Part shown: positions 36,741-37,870 of the stretch, in pieces
Position numbering within the stretch: position 1 is the first letter of the stretch
How the letters are laid out: the number at the start of each line of letters is the position of its first letter
Virus record (IMG/VR): IMGVR_UViG_3300030103_004582
Coordinates: 62,001 to 99,870 of that record
Source of the DNA: an uncultured virus (IMG/VR IMGVR_UViG_3300030103_004582)
Taxonomy: Duplodnaviria > Heunggongvirae > Uroviricota > Caudoviricetes
Reading direction: 5' to 3' (one strand)
Length of the DNA: 37,870 nucleotides
The notes under the pieces: generated by a model
Told to the model about the DNA's origin: nothing
What the model saw: the letters and a program-made list of their open reading frames with translations, nothing else
The model's database searches: none
Position numbers and translations under genes: made by a program

Positions 36741-37870
36741 TTACGCACTCATTTCTAAATAATTATATAAACTCTCTTCAAACCACTCTTTCGCCTTTGT
36801 AGTGTCAGGATAGTAGTAGTCTAAATTAGGTAAGTCTAATAAATCACTTTCCTGATCTAACATTTCTACAACCGCATCTACAAAGTTTGATTCTTGTTCC
36901 TCAACAAAAGCGCTTTCAACATCAATATAATGTTCAATTACCCTATCTATTAATTCTGTAGGTATTGGTACTTTTAAATCATATCTTCTACTATCCCCAC
37001 TTTTAGTATTTTCTACCCAATCTGGTTTACTACCAAATAACTCAGTAATTTCTTCTATACCCCTATTCCTCATGTCTGTTTCTATCACATCATTCATTGT
37101 TCTTTCGTATGCACTTCTAATATCTCTTTCTAAGTCAATCAGTTCACCATGATTTAATAAAAATTCTAAAACATCTTCCCCATCTACTTCATTATTTTTT
37201 ATCTGTGTTCTTAATGTATTTATAAAAGTTGGGTTAATGTCTAAGAAATCATCATCACCTACAACCTCTTCAGACATACCCATTTCATATAACTCTTCTC
37301 CTCCATTCACACCAACCATAATTTTGTCTGTATATGCAGGAATGGATTCTATTACACTATCCATTGCCTTTCCTGTCATATCTGAGACTATCTCATCCAT
37401 TGGGGTATCGTAATAAGAAAAGAAATCACTATGATCTTCACTAAATACCTCTTCTGCCAACTCCTCATTTTTAAATAACTCTGTTAAATCATCCCACCCA
37501 TCAACAGACAATACCATATTAGGATATAATCCTTCGGTATCACTAAATGACATAGTATCATAATAATTAAGTTTTTCGGGATTCCCATCTTTATCAGTTT
37601 TTCCTGTGTTAAAAGTTTTATTGAAAAAATCTAACTTTTTCAATATACCATATATATTAGTTATATCTCTCCAACCCCTTAACTCATCTATCTGAAACTC
37701 ACTAAATATATTACCAATATCTTCTTCATTCCATTTAGAATTAGGATCTAGTGTCCATTTTATGAAAAAATATAAAACAACTTCCTGTTCTAATGCAACC
37801 ATTTCTCCAAAGTAATCTAATACCTGTGCAACATTATCGTACCTAAAACCTGTTCTATGAGGACTATCAT
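36741..37870 (-). CDS. Acidic hypothetical protein, 5' end beyond the window
   Basis: Frame stays open upstream of 37802 to the edge (DSPHRTGFRYDNVAQVLDYFGEM...). Confidence 0.75.
   Translation of the reverse strand, partial: DSPHRTGFRYDNVAQVLDYFGEMVALEQEVVLYFFIKWTLDPNSKWNEEDIGNIFSEFQIDELRGWRDITNIYGILKKLDFFNKTFNTGKTDKDGNPEKLNYYDTMSFSDTEGLYPNMVLSVDGWDDLTELFKNEELAEEVFSEDHSDFFSYYDTPMDEIVSDMTGKAMDSVIESIPAYTDKIMVGVNGGEELYEMGMSEEVVGDDDFLDINPTFINTLRTQIKNNEVDGEDVLEFLLNHGELIDLERDIRSAYERTMNDVIETDMRNRGIEEITELFGSKPDWVENTKSGDSRRYDLKVPIPTELIDRVIEHYIDVESAFVEEQESNFVDAVVEMLDQESDLLDLPNLDYYYPDTTKAKEWFEESLYNYLEMSA

Noticed and set aside
1..37870. Stop-codon reassignment, as in some large phages
   Set aside because: Genes are full length and tightly packed under the standard code; TAA, TGA and one TAG all end ORFs.
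1..37870. tRNA, rRNA or large ncRNA genes
   Set aside because: Intergenic gaps are short and AT-rich, and no cloverleaf or T-loop signature was seen.

Overview
AT-rich (roughly 25-30% GC by eye), densely coding 37.9-kb segment of a large T4-like tailed phage genome, with two 10-N scaffold gaps. Bacteroidota-type promoters and A-rich starts without Shine-Dalgarno sites suggest a Bacteroidota host. From left to right: (i) two minus-strand Ser/Thr/Gly-rich virion or fibre-like genes; (ii) a late operon that includes a stand-alone WYL-domain gene; (iii) a two-gene early island with a duplicated promoter; (iv) a ~13-kb glycosylation locus with about nine glycosyltransferase-like genes, gmd, fcl, dUTPase, and HD and HAD proteins with degenerate motifs; (v) a gp55-like sigma factor; (vi) a baseplate/spike module; (vii) the minus-strand head module (terminase, portal, core protein, gp21 protease, scaffold, gp23 major capsid protein). 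Best leads: a phage-encoded fucose-containing glycosylation system paired with a recurrent [S/T]-[G/A]-x-[T/S] motif in virion proteins (candidate sequon); a late-promoter motif TATTTAT that is the reverse complement of the T4 late promoter; and a WYL protein with a putative protease-cleaved leader, which may be packaged in the head. All product calls come from motif recognition, not database searches.
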